Below are positions 45,451-54,776 of a stretch of DNA of 64,000 bases, in pieces. The notes below the pieces were generated by a model. That model saw only the letters and a program-made list of their open reading frames with translations, made no database searches and was not told where the DNA came from. The stretch comes from Schmidtea nova. Taxonomy: Eukaryota. Each line of letters begins with the position of its first letter. Positions within the stretch are counted from its first letter, which is position 1. The position numbers and the translations under genes were made by a program. Location: assembly GCA_044892505.1 (NCBI GenBank), contig CM097884.1:95976001-96040000 (forward strand), read 5' to 3'.

Positions 45451-47647
45451 TTTTCAGCCTGACTTTATCCCACAATTGTCTTGTTCCTTCCTCATTTTCT
45501 TTCGTATCTAGTGGTGGGCACAATGTCATCCAACCACCCTTTTCTTTTATCCATTTGCGCAAATATTCATTTAGCATTCTGGCTGCTATATCTATTAAAT
45601 CATCAAGCTTTTCCGGTTCTACAAACGCATGAGTTCCTATTTCCAAAATTGCATATGTCAGACTCATCAATACTACCTCCCTATTCACTTCCTTTTGGAT
45701 CAACTCTTCAAAAACCTTTCTCTCACAGAAATTATTTCCTCTACCAAATCGTTGTACTACTTCAGGAAGCCTATTTTTCAATTCTTTGACTATCTCTTCC
45801 ACATCTTCCTCCACTTGCAATTCTATCTCAAACATTGGATATATCGTTTTAAGCAGATGCTTTAATATCTGTTTTGTTTCATCTACTTCTTTTTCAACTC
45901 TTACCAAATTTCTCTTTATTTCATACAAAGTTCTAGGTTTACCATTTTTATTGCTAACTTCATTAAGCACATCTGATTTTTGTCTTTCCGCTTCCTGTAC
46001 CTGATCTCTCACTATTGGATTCTTCTGAAAACTGCCATCTATAATAGTCTCATTTTCTTCAGTTTCTTCGATTTCCTCCTCCCCTTCGTCTGACTCTGAA
46101 TTCTCTAATTCTTCCATTCTTCCTACTTGTACTTCCTTCACCGCTACTATTCGATTTTTTACATATCCATTACTTCCCTCCATACTTAAATATCCCTCTT
46201 CATTTACTTCTAACGGTAAACACCCGCAATCATATAGATACTCGTCATCATCTAACAGTTCCCCTTTATACCTCAACGTTATGATTCCATCCATTCCTAA
46301 CATTTTCGAAGCTCTTCTACGTACCCTTTTTACCTTTGTGCACCAATGCTCTTCAGTATATTCCGTCTTTCCACGCTCTTCATAATCTATTGCTATAACT
46401 AAACGATTCTGCTCGACTCTGTCTTTTCTAAGCTCTTTACCCATTTTCCTCAATAAGCTTTTAAGCTTTTTACTGTATCTAGTTCTCCCAGATAAATATG
46501 GTCGTATTAAATTCGCGATTTCTACTTTATCTTTAGATTCAAGCTCACATTCCTCGATCATTTTTAATTTGTCATTTATTTCATTTTCATCTCCACTATA
46601 TAATGCATCATTTAACTCTTTTATAATTTCTACTGGATCTCTTTTAATTGTCACACAATCTTTTTGTAGCGTAATTATTTGCAACTCGTTTTCATTACCT
46701 GGAATAAACCCACAATCTATTAAATATTCGTTATCTTCTAATTTTTGATTTTTAAATCTCAACTCTCTCATTAATCCATCTCGTTTGTCTGTTAATTTAT
46801 TTTTTAAATCTCTCACACAATCATTGACTTCACAACGTATACAATTTACACTTTTATCCCTCTCATCAACAACATCAATAAAAATAAAATCTAACCATTC
46901 CTTTTCTCGAAACATTTTCCCAAATATTTTCATCATATCTTTTATTTCGTCTCTATCCTTTGAATTCACTTCACAATAACTTGCACATACATTAATTACA
47001 CTTTTTAATTTCCTCATATTCAATGACATTTTACTCAATTCTTTTAGCGAACTCATTATTTTGGATGAATCTTCTCTTCTCGCTTCTATTAATTTTTCAA
47101 TTCTTGTTATAATCATTGTCGATAAGTCAATTCCTAGATCATCTTTGACACATTTTCTTTTCGTTTCAGTTTCCATCATTCCTTCTGAGTCATACATCAT
47201 TTGATTATTTACTTCCTCATCGGATTCAAATTTTGACATAAGCCGATCCAAACGTCGACCTATTTCTTTAACTTCGCTTTCAATTCTTTCTTTGAAATCA
47301 TCTGGCTGAACAAAAGCTACATTATCATGCATGGATTTATCAGTTTGGAATCTGATTGTTTTCTTTAGAATTGGTCTTTGAAATTTATCATTATTTCTGG
47401 GGCACGACCTGGCCATATGTCCATAACCTCTGCATGAGTGGCATTGGATTTGTCCTTGCAAATTGACTTTGTCCCTCTGCGGTGATGGTGATGTCGATGG
47501 AGATCTTGACTTGGCATAACAATTTCTCGATACATGTCCTTTCTTTCCGCAATTGAAACAATGCATATTATCATTTACTCGTGGAGTACTGTCATTAAAT
47601 TTGTTAAACATTTTATCATCATTACCTTTCATCCAATCCGGCCACAT
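44264..47647 (-). CDS. 1127-aa segment: 2 zinc knuckles, coiled coil, 2 ubiquitin-like domains, Bcl-2-like domain, env ectodomain
   Basis: CFNCGKKGHVSRNC and CHSCRGYGHMARSC; Ubl, BH1/BH2 and env motifs as listed in the separate features. Confidence 0.9.
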   Translation of the reverse strand: MWPDWMKGNDDKMFNKFNDSTPRVNDNMHCFNCGKKGHVSRNCYAKSRSPSTSPSPQRDKVNLQGQIQCHSCRGYGHMARSCPRNNDKFQRPILKKTIRFQTDKSMHDNVAFVQPDDFKERIESEVKEIGRRLDRLMSKFESDEEVNNQMMYDSEGMMETETKRKCVKDDLGIDLSTMIITRIEKLIEARREDSSKIMSSLKELSKMSLNMRKLKSVINVCASYCEVNSKDRDEIKDMMKIFGKMFREKEWLDFIFIDVVDERDKSVNCIRCEVNDCVRDLKNKLTDKRDGLMRELRFKNQKLEDNEYLIDCGFIPGNENELQIITLQKDCVTIKRDPVEIIKELNDALYSGDENEINDKLKMIEECELESKDKVEIANLIRPYLSGRTRYSKKLKSLLRKMGKELRKDRVEQNRLVIAIDYEERGKTEYTEEHWCTKVKRVRRRASKMLGMDGIITLRYKGELLDDDEYLYDCGCLPLEVNEEGYLSMEGSNGYVKNRIVAVKEVQVGRMEELENSESDEGEEEIEETEENETIIDGSFQKNPIVRDQVQEAERQKSDVLNEVSNKNGKPRTLYEIKRNLVRVEKEVDETKQILKHLLKTIYPMFEIELQVEEDVEEIVKELKNRLPEVVQRFGRGNNFCERKVFEELIQKEVNREVVLMSLTYAILEIGTHAFVEPEKLDDLIDIAARMLNEYLRKWIKEKGGWMTLCPPLDTKENEEGTRQLWDKVRLKTKRIGIFPWLMFTMIILCTVIAQATSLVAYDCSQTEMGKIYSVVDMSECPDAYPSKLKVENDVKYHVYQESDLRRTKVRECSVKHTTFVFYCGKWSHSSLIKVNAIPRPVEIFPENCLTAFQTGELKISSEIRLKAKLNHRIRETVVVKGIMKANGDCEGEPYKMNGKMVDKTVVFEEYVTELREFEGAFDDDTGKLQTHPFCNMKQTNCQTGESILVYNVKVNECNLAFLKTMNFKEIIGEQFQERPDSFSMNYKSKEAIKSTPIMTRKMSAVLMSTSPTDSMRFIKKEVTNKCGRILYTTNYKGVYVSKGIVEDAKTKIHVNDIKLTHYFNNKIDYLFHFSQDIMENVYREMILNDCKLNKDILRNRMAMAVTNPNLVAPMLISENGVFARIF
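45520..45930 (-). CDS. Bcl-2-family-like domain
   Basis: BH2-like YLRKWIKEKGGW; BH1-like VFEELIQKEVNREVVLMSLTY (NWGR degenerate) with plausible spacing; basic stretch and hydrophobic helix follow. Confidence 0.75.
46180..46405 (-). CDS. Ubiquitin-like domain 2
   Basis: TKVKRVRRRASKMLG...ITLRYKGELLDDDEYLYDCG resembles ubiquitin QRLIFAGKQLEDGRTLSDY. Confidence 0.6.
46665..46895 (-). CDS. Ubiquitin-like domain 1
   Basis: EVNDCVRDLKNKLTDKRDG...RELRFKNQKLEDNEYLIDCG...LQII resembles ubiquitin VEPSDTIENVKAKIQDKEG...RLIFAGKQLEDGRTLSDY...LHLV. Confidence 0.7.
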
Positions 47648-48577
47648 TCACTTTGGACTTCTCTGCATGTTCTCGTTGAACCAACATTGATTACTAGTAT
47701 GACCCATCTTTTGACAATTATTGCATTGAATTGGAGTTGGGCTTCTTTGGGATCTGTTTTTGAGCCAACATTGATTCACATGATGTCCCATTCTTTGACA
47801 ATGGCTGCATTGTATTGGCATTTCTTTCTCCTCCCTTGGAGCATTAGTTGTTTGACTTGATTGGAATTTGGCTTTGAATTTTGGCGAAGGACTGCTATAT
47901 TGTTGAAATCTGTTGTTCTTCTCAGGAGTTACTGATCGTTCTTGTTTTTGTTCCATCATTGCAAACGATTCTGAATTTGATTGTGTACTTTTCAAATTAA
48001 GCTCAATTTTCATGGCCTTTTTGATTAATTCATCGAAGTTGTTGAAATCGACATAGCATAAAGCCTTTTTGATTTCCTTTTTAACTCCCGATAAAAATTG
48101 ATCTTGCAACAGTTCCCTTACTTGCTTTGCCACTTCTGGTTGATCGGGTTTGGTTTCGAAAGCTTTTTCTGCAAGAGTCGTTAGATGATAAGCAAATTCA
48201 CTTACAGATTCATCAGATTTTTGCATTCGATTGTAAAATTTTTGGCGCATAATCCTTTTGATATCTCCTCCGATCAATTTAGCGGCTAATGAATCTTTAA
48301 GTCTCATCCAGTCATTTCCGATTGTCCTTTTGTCAATTTGTTGCCATACTTCTCTGGCTGCTCCCTTTAAATACAAGGGCAATCTTTGTATCATCGTGGC
48401 TTGGCTCCATCCATACGCATTGGCATACATATAATAGTCTGCCATGAAATCGACAAATTCAACTGGATCTCCTCCATATTGGTTAACTGGTAGCTTTTGA
48501 CAATTAGCGAGATCATTGCCATTTCCTGCGTGACTTGTCGACATCGGCGCTTCATCATTACTATTTGAATTGCTCAT
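47648..48577 (-). CDS. gag: Gag (capsid domain plus 2 CCHC zinc knuckles), 309 aa
   Basis: LPLYLKGAAREVW, FYNRMQKSDESVSEFAYHL, DQFLSG; CSHCQRMGHHVNQC and CNNCQKMGHTSNQC; its TGA is followed immediately by an in-frame ATG. Confidence 0.95.
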   Translation of the reverse strand: MSNSNSNDEAPMSTSHAGNGNDLANCQKLPVNQYGGDPVEFVDFMADYYMYANAYGWSQATMIQRLPLYLKGAAREVWQQIDKRTIGNDWMRLKDSLAAKLIGGDIKRIMRQKFYNRMQKSDESVSEFAYHLTTLAEKAFETKPDQPEVAKQVRELLQDQFLSGVKKEIKKALCYVDFNNFDELIKKAMKIELNLKSTQSNSESFAMMEQKQERSVTPEKNNRFQQYSSPSPKFKAKFQSSQTTNAPREEKEMPIQCSHCQRMGHHVNQCWLKNRSQRSPTPIQCNNCQKMGHTSNQCWFNENMQRSPK

Positions 48578-48946
48578 ATTATTCTGATATTTCGTTTGGC
48601 TTCTTAATTGATAAAATGGTCGAGTTGGTAACGTTTTCTCTCGTCTAAATTTTAAAATATCAATTATTAAATTTACCCTTTATTCGTCTTTGTTTTCTCA
48701 AACTTCAATTTTCACTTTTTCACGATTCAACTTTTATTCACACAAAAATTTCCAATTTATTTCTAGCAATCAATTTATTTTCACAATTCTTTTTCAACTT
48801 TTTTAATATTTTCAATTTATTTTCAATGCTTTCAGTTTCAAATTTCTCTCAATATATCCACTCTATTCACTAACGATATCACCGATTTTCACACCTTTTA
48901 TTGTAATTTATTCAATTAATTCTCCACCAATTCTTCACCGACTTTG

Positions 48947-48964
48947 ATCACGTCGGGCTCACCA
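48947..48964 (-). promoter_or_regulatory. 18-nt primer-binding site, tRNA-Trp-like
   Basis: TGGTGAGCCCGACGTGAT, 3 nt from the 5' LTR; one mismatch to the common metazoan tRNA-Trp end ATCACGTCGGGGTCACCA. Confidence 0.85.
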
Positions 48965-48967
48965 AAA

Positions 48968-49835
48968 TGTTGGGTATTTGTTTAAAGTCGGTTCTAATTT
49001 CTGACTCCTGGTGTTCTTTTAACAAATAACTGACCCAACACAATAACTTTTATTTCAATATCACAATTTATCACAACGATTGCACAATATAAGAACTGTC
49101 TTTTACACTTAACTTGAACTGCTTTCAAGTCACTTGCTGCGAGGGATAAGTCTCCCGAAGGAAGATCTCCCTTTCTGGTGCGCAAACAAATGAATTACGT
49201 TTTACTCTACGACACTACCTTTTCTGACTCTTCTTCTAATTTCAATCTGTTTGCTGAAATTTTATCTCTTCGACCAACTGGCGACACATTGCAATTTGCT
49301 TCTGTTTTTATATTGCTCCCTCCTTAATGCTTGCTTGTTCTGCCTCCCAATTTGACATTTGAATCCGCGATTCAAATTAAACTGTCATATTGTAATTTAG
49401 TAGCTCTCGCCGTTTCCATATCCTTCAAATTAACTGTCATAGTGTAATTTAGTAGCTCTCGCCGTTTCCACATCCTTGGAGCAAATTGAACTGTCACTTT
49501 GCTTGAGCGGGTTTCTCTCATCTCTCGGGCTCTCCATTGGCTCGGGCTTCCCATTGTCTCGGGCTTTCCATTAGCCAATTAATTCTTAATTAATATTTTA
49601 ATTTTTTAATTATTTCTTTCTGGGGACCCCCCATCGATTTTATTTTTTATTTATTTGAATTCGTCTCATAATTTGGCACACACCCATACCAATTTCCCCC
49701 ATGATATATTGATTTTAAATTTTATTAATTTTTTAATTAATGTTTTAATATTTTAATTAATTTGGTGATTTTTGCAATTTTACTAATTTTATTTAATTAC
49801 TTTTAAATTTTGAGTCACTTTGACAAACCCCAACA
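48968..49835 (-). repeat. 5' LTR (868 bp)
   Basis: Near-identical to 34156-35023. Confidence 0.97.
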
Positions 49836-50099
49836 CTACTTTCACCCGTACGGCTCAAAGCCTGAACAGATGTCAGAGGGTATGGAAGTGGTTTTAATGA
49901 AATACATAAAAAATATAAATATATACATGATAAATAACAATAAAATGATATTAGTAACTGAGAAAATGTGACGAAATTTAATAAAAATTTGAATATAAAA
50001 AATTATAATTTTCATAAAATAATACATAAAATATCATATAGTACACATAGCCTAAGGTTAAAATAAGGAAAAATACCTAGACCGCGTAGCGAGGACATG

Positions 50100-50937
50100 A
50101 TTTCGCGGGTCTTTATAATTAGGAAACAAAAATCAAGTTTCTTACGAATAATTCGATTCACGATCATAAATTATCTTCTTTCGTAATATTCTGGTAGAGT
50201 CACACTGGTATATTAGTAGTAAGAGATTCTTTGTTAAAATTTCCTTGCTAAAAACCTCAAAATTTTTAGCAACAAAATTTCCTCCGCAAATTTTTGCAAA
50301 ATAGCATTAAAAATTCTCCATTTTGATGTCGGTATTTATACAAATTTTCTGCATTTTTATTTCCATTGAGGTATTAAAACAAATCATTCTAGAAGGTGAT
50401 TCTAATTTTCTTGAAATTAATTTCAACAATTTTCCGCAAAACTAAATTAATAATTTTACATCAAATTTTCATAAAACTTTAAATAATTTCTTTTTAATCC
50501 AAAATTTTACTTTTGAAAAAAAGTTTATTCTAATTTGATTTAATTTGTTGCATTTTCGATCAAAATTATTTTCTTTTATATTTTAACGAATTTTTAAGAT
50601 AAAATCGCAATCTTCCTTCTAAAAACATGATAAATTTCCACCACTGAGGTTTTACAACGTAAATGCGTTCTCCAGGAGCATATTCAATGTGTTTTTCGCC
50701 TATGCTAGCTATTTAAATGTTCTTCTTTTAACCAATTTTTGTTCTACTTGATGTTTTGGTTTATGGGCCTGTAGATTAGAACTTCGCGCGTTCTCTACCT
50801 GTTAGTGTGCTTTGCCCGCTTTAATATTTAGGTGTGTTTTCACTTAACTACTTCGGTTTTACTTGATGTTTTGGTTAAATCTCTACTTGTGGTGTTACTG
50901 CTTCATTTAAACAATTTGCAGTTTTGGCCCAACACAG
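50100..50937 (+). repeat. Repeat family C copy 2
   Basis: Homologous blocks with 14410-15175. Confidence 0.55.
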
Positions 50938-53289
50938 GTGTGATATTAAATTTTTATTTATATTGATAGTTTTAAAAGATTGCCAGTACTTGAAAAAAAG
51001 ACCTTTTGAAGTTAAAGAGAAAAAATCATTGCTATAATTTATTCTTTATGCACAATCTGTTGCGGTAATTGTAACTTCAAAAATTATTTAAAACCCTACG
51101 ATTGAGTAAATAAAATTTCAGTACGACTGAAGATTATGAAGATGGTGGTAAAACATCAGAAAATCGATGACTTATCATGTATAATCTCATTGTTGTTTGA
51201 CGTCCCGATATTCTTAGTCTTCGAACACTTGCCAGACAAAGACAAGCTTAGGCGAAATGGGAAAGCTTATCCAGAATATGAAATGAAGAGTAAATGTCTG
51301 AAAAAATGGTGACAAATAGATGAACACCTACAATTATTGGATTTGCAGCAGCATGTAAGTATAAAACTTTCGAATTTCCAGAAAGTTAAATATTAAATCA
51401 AGATTGATGTAATCAGTCACATCGCAGACATTAAAATATTACCGGTGCAGGCTAAAGAATTTGGTAAACCCTGTCTCGAAGAATATCTGGCTGACGGCAA
51501 AGAGTCAAACGATGATTGGCAGTCGCAAAGGCTATTAAGTAATCGAAGAAGGCCTCTGTATCTTGATCAATACGAGCTGGAGAATTCGTACAGGTCAACG
51601 AGCAATGTGATATTAGATTTTTGTTTATATTTACAGTTCTAAACGATTTTCAGTAATTCAAAGAAAGATCGTCAAGTTTTTCAAAAGAAATAAATTAATG
51701 TTATAATGCTATGATAAAGATGACAAAACCTAACTAGCTCTTAACTTAAAAAGAATAAAAAAGAAGAAATATGAAAGATTTATTAACATCAACATTTTTT
51801 AAAACAGCTGATTCAAATAATTCTCCTGCTATGAATCCAATAAAAAACAAATCACAATCTCACTAAAATAAAGAGACCAAACAGATGCAGACATTATACG
51901 ACTGAAGAAACTCAAACAGGAACTGAAATTTTTATGATATAGAAATATATAAAATAAAATTTTTCAGAAAAACTAATTATTGAATGCAGATCTAAATTTA
52001 TTAGACGTGCTACACTTCTATCAAAGGGGCATATGCCTAAAGAAACATCAATAGAAACAGAGGCTTCAATGATAAGTAGAAATTAAGATAATTAAACATC
52101 AAAAAAAAATATTGTTAGGTGCACATGTGTTGGACGATGAGGGTAAACCAATAGACACATTTGTCCTATCGAAATACTACAGGACAGGGTCGGATTCATA
52201 CCGAGTGAATATAAACTCGGAAAAGTAAACAACCAAAAAACACCATCCATCAGTAATCTCTCATCAACCCTGCTAATTTGGATATATACTCGGAATAGCC
52301 ATCAAACATCAATATTATTCAATTTATCCTCAGTCAATCCCTTCGATCAATTCTAGTGCAAATAAACAATAATCTGACAATATTATGTGATTTATTAATT
52401 ATTATGACAATATGTATTTTATTTTTATTTTTATTATGTATATTTTATTGTAAATTATTAATTCATTAATTTTAATTATGTACTTTATTTTTATTTTATT
52501 TTTTGAGGTACGAATTATTGTGTAAATATTGGAAAAAAACATTAGAAATGAATTATTGTGTAAATATTGGTAAAAAAGCAAATAAAACAAACAGTTGAAT
52601 TATTTGAACATATGAGCATTAATAAATTTCACCAATAAAATAAATAAAAATATTTAATTAAACACATGAGCATTACAGAAAAATTAGTATATGAACATTC
52701 ACCACAATTTGATTTCACAAATTTTTGCGACTTATCAAATTGAATTGTCTTAGGGTAATCCTAAACAATTGTCAAACATTTAAGGAGCAGATTCATAAAG
52801 CTCAACAAGGGGACTTTTTGCATGCACTACATAGCATTCACCCATTAGGATACACAACATTGATTACATTCATACAAAAAAACAAAATTATTTGTCTGGA
52901 AATTGAATTCAAGAAAGTTATTTGTAATTGGACATTTATTGATTGATTGTAAAAATTGATTGTATTATAAATAAACTTAATTGAAGACTTTGGGCTTATT
53001 TATTTATATAAGAGCACACCCACGTAGGTTGGAGTTTCAAATAGAAATATTTGAGACCTCAACACATGCACTTTGAAACATTAAACGGGGATTTATCTTT
53101 CGTAATATTATATGTTGATAGATACGAAGAATCAAGCTAACATGGAATTTCTTGTGAAAATTGATTTAACTATAGAAATTCAGCTAATATTAACATACAG
53201 TAAATTATTAGTGTCGTGTTGTAATTTATAGTAGATAAAATTATAAAGCTTGCAATAAATAATTTACATTTCAGAACCCGCTGGATTAG

Positions 53290-53741
53290 ATATTTAAAAA
53301 ATTTTCTAGAAATATTTAAAATATTTTCTAGAAATATAGTTGACAATAATAGTTGACAATTTTACTATTAAAAGGTCAGCCAATTCACGTATAGATGATA
53401 TTTTTGATATTTCATCGTGTAGCATTGACTTTACCATAACCATTTGCAGCGGAAATTCAGTTGTTATATCTTCACTATATTTTCTCTGAATGGCTTCTGC
53501 ACTGCTTATGATCTCACGTTCTTTCATTACCATTAATTTATTTGGATGGATGCAGGAAAATAATTGTACCACTTCTTGCATTCCTTTAAATCTATTGTCG
53601 AGTTGGGGCCCACTAGACCTGCGGAAAAGAGTTTTATAGCATAAATATTATTGATAATATAATTTTTTTTATATGAGGGCCCCCTATAGCTGGTAGGCCC
53701 CCCCGCAACGCAGGGTCCTGCGTCCAGTAGTTCCGCCACTG
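53290..53741 (-). mobile_element. hAT (ZMYM1-like) relic with one terminus
   Basis: Terminus CAGTGGCGGA at 53741 with a GC-rich subterminal hairpin; transposase fragment KYSEDITTEFPLQM...SIRELADLL. Confidence 0.65.
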
Positions 53742-54038
53742 TATTGAATAGATAAGTTCGATTTCATAACAATAATAAAAGATATAACACAAGATTTATC
53801 AAATTCGATTGGATAAATATCGCATTAAGGTTTAAAAAAGATGAAAATGTGAAACAATTTCAAATGAAAATGTTTTTTATTAAAAATGTATATATGAAAT
53901 TATAAAAAATTATAATTTCAAAATGACTTAAATAATTACATAAGGTCTTATTTAATAAGTATAAATTCTGCTATTAATAATAACAAATTAACTTTAATTT
54001 TATAAATAAATTTTATTTGTTATTAATTCATTACTTAC

Positions 54039-54218
54039 AGCATTTGTGCCCGCTACACTAGAAACATTCACAATTGATCCTTTTGTATTAATCAAAGATG
54101 GCGATAGTAAATTGGTCAGTTGTATGATCGATCTTAAATTCATGTTCATTACAGAATCAAAGTTTTCCAATACAACATTTTCAATATTATCATTAGATAT
54201 AATACCGGCATTATTAAC
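54039..54218 (-). CDS. Single 180-nt exon of a short-chain dehydrogenase/reductase
   Basis: VNNAGI...FDSVMNMNLRS...TKGSIVNVSSVAG; AG acceptor (54219-54220) and GTAAGT donor; no stops. Confidence 0.85.
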
Positions 54219-54776
54219 CTAAATTAAATTGTTTTTAAATTGTATTTAAAAGATAAATACGTAAGTATGCTACTTTAATAATAAAAATGTACTCATTTAA
54301 TGTTCTTTCTTATTGTGAAACTATATAAGAAAATGGTAAATTTAATGTGCAAACATTGAAAAGTATTATCAACAAATTCAGTAGTGTATTAAGTTAAATA
54401 TTGATGTCATTAGTATCGTATTGTCATTTGATTAATTTTAGTTCTTTCAATCATTTTGAAGTATCTAAAGTATCCTTTTTATTACTGCCACTATTTTAAA
54501 CTTTTGTCAATTTTGAACGACCCCAAACTGAAGTAAGCATTAAAATTTAAGATTTTGGATTGTTCAGATCCCTGAAGTTGTATAGTTTTTTTAGCGAGAA
54601 GAAAGTATTAAAGACGAAAAATTTAATAGAGCACTTGAAATCTGCTCGAAGAAATGTAGCAAAATTCAAAAACTTCGATATATAAAATAATGAAAAAGTT
54701 ATTGATTTTACAAAACTAGAATGTAAATTGAAGCTAGCAAATTGAAAAATCAAATGATATTGAAATTTTTTATTAA

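Larger units (their letters stand above)
34156..49835 (-). mobile_element. Full-length 15.7-kb env-bearing Ty3/Gypsy (Metaviridae-like) LTR retroelement with accessory genes
   Basis: TG...CA LTRs of 868 bp; 4-bp TSD CTAC (34152-34155, 49836-49839); PBS; PPT; PR-RT-RH-IN order; one N gap in the 3' non-coding part. Confidence 0.97.

Noticed and set aside
43183-47860. Plus-strand antisense ORFs within the Gypsy element
   Set aside because: Short (64-108 aa) shadows of the minus-strand polyprotein with no motifs.
51050-52300. Fragmented coding-like sequence
   Set aside because: No family motif recognised and the frames are short.
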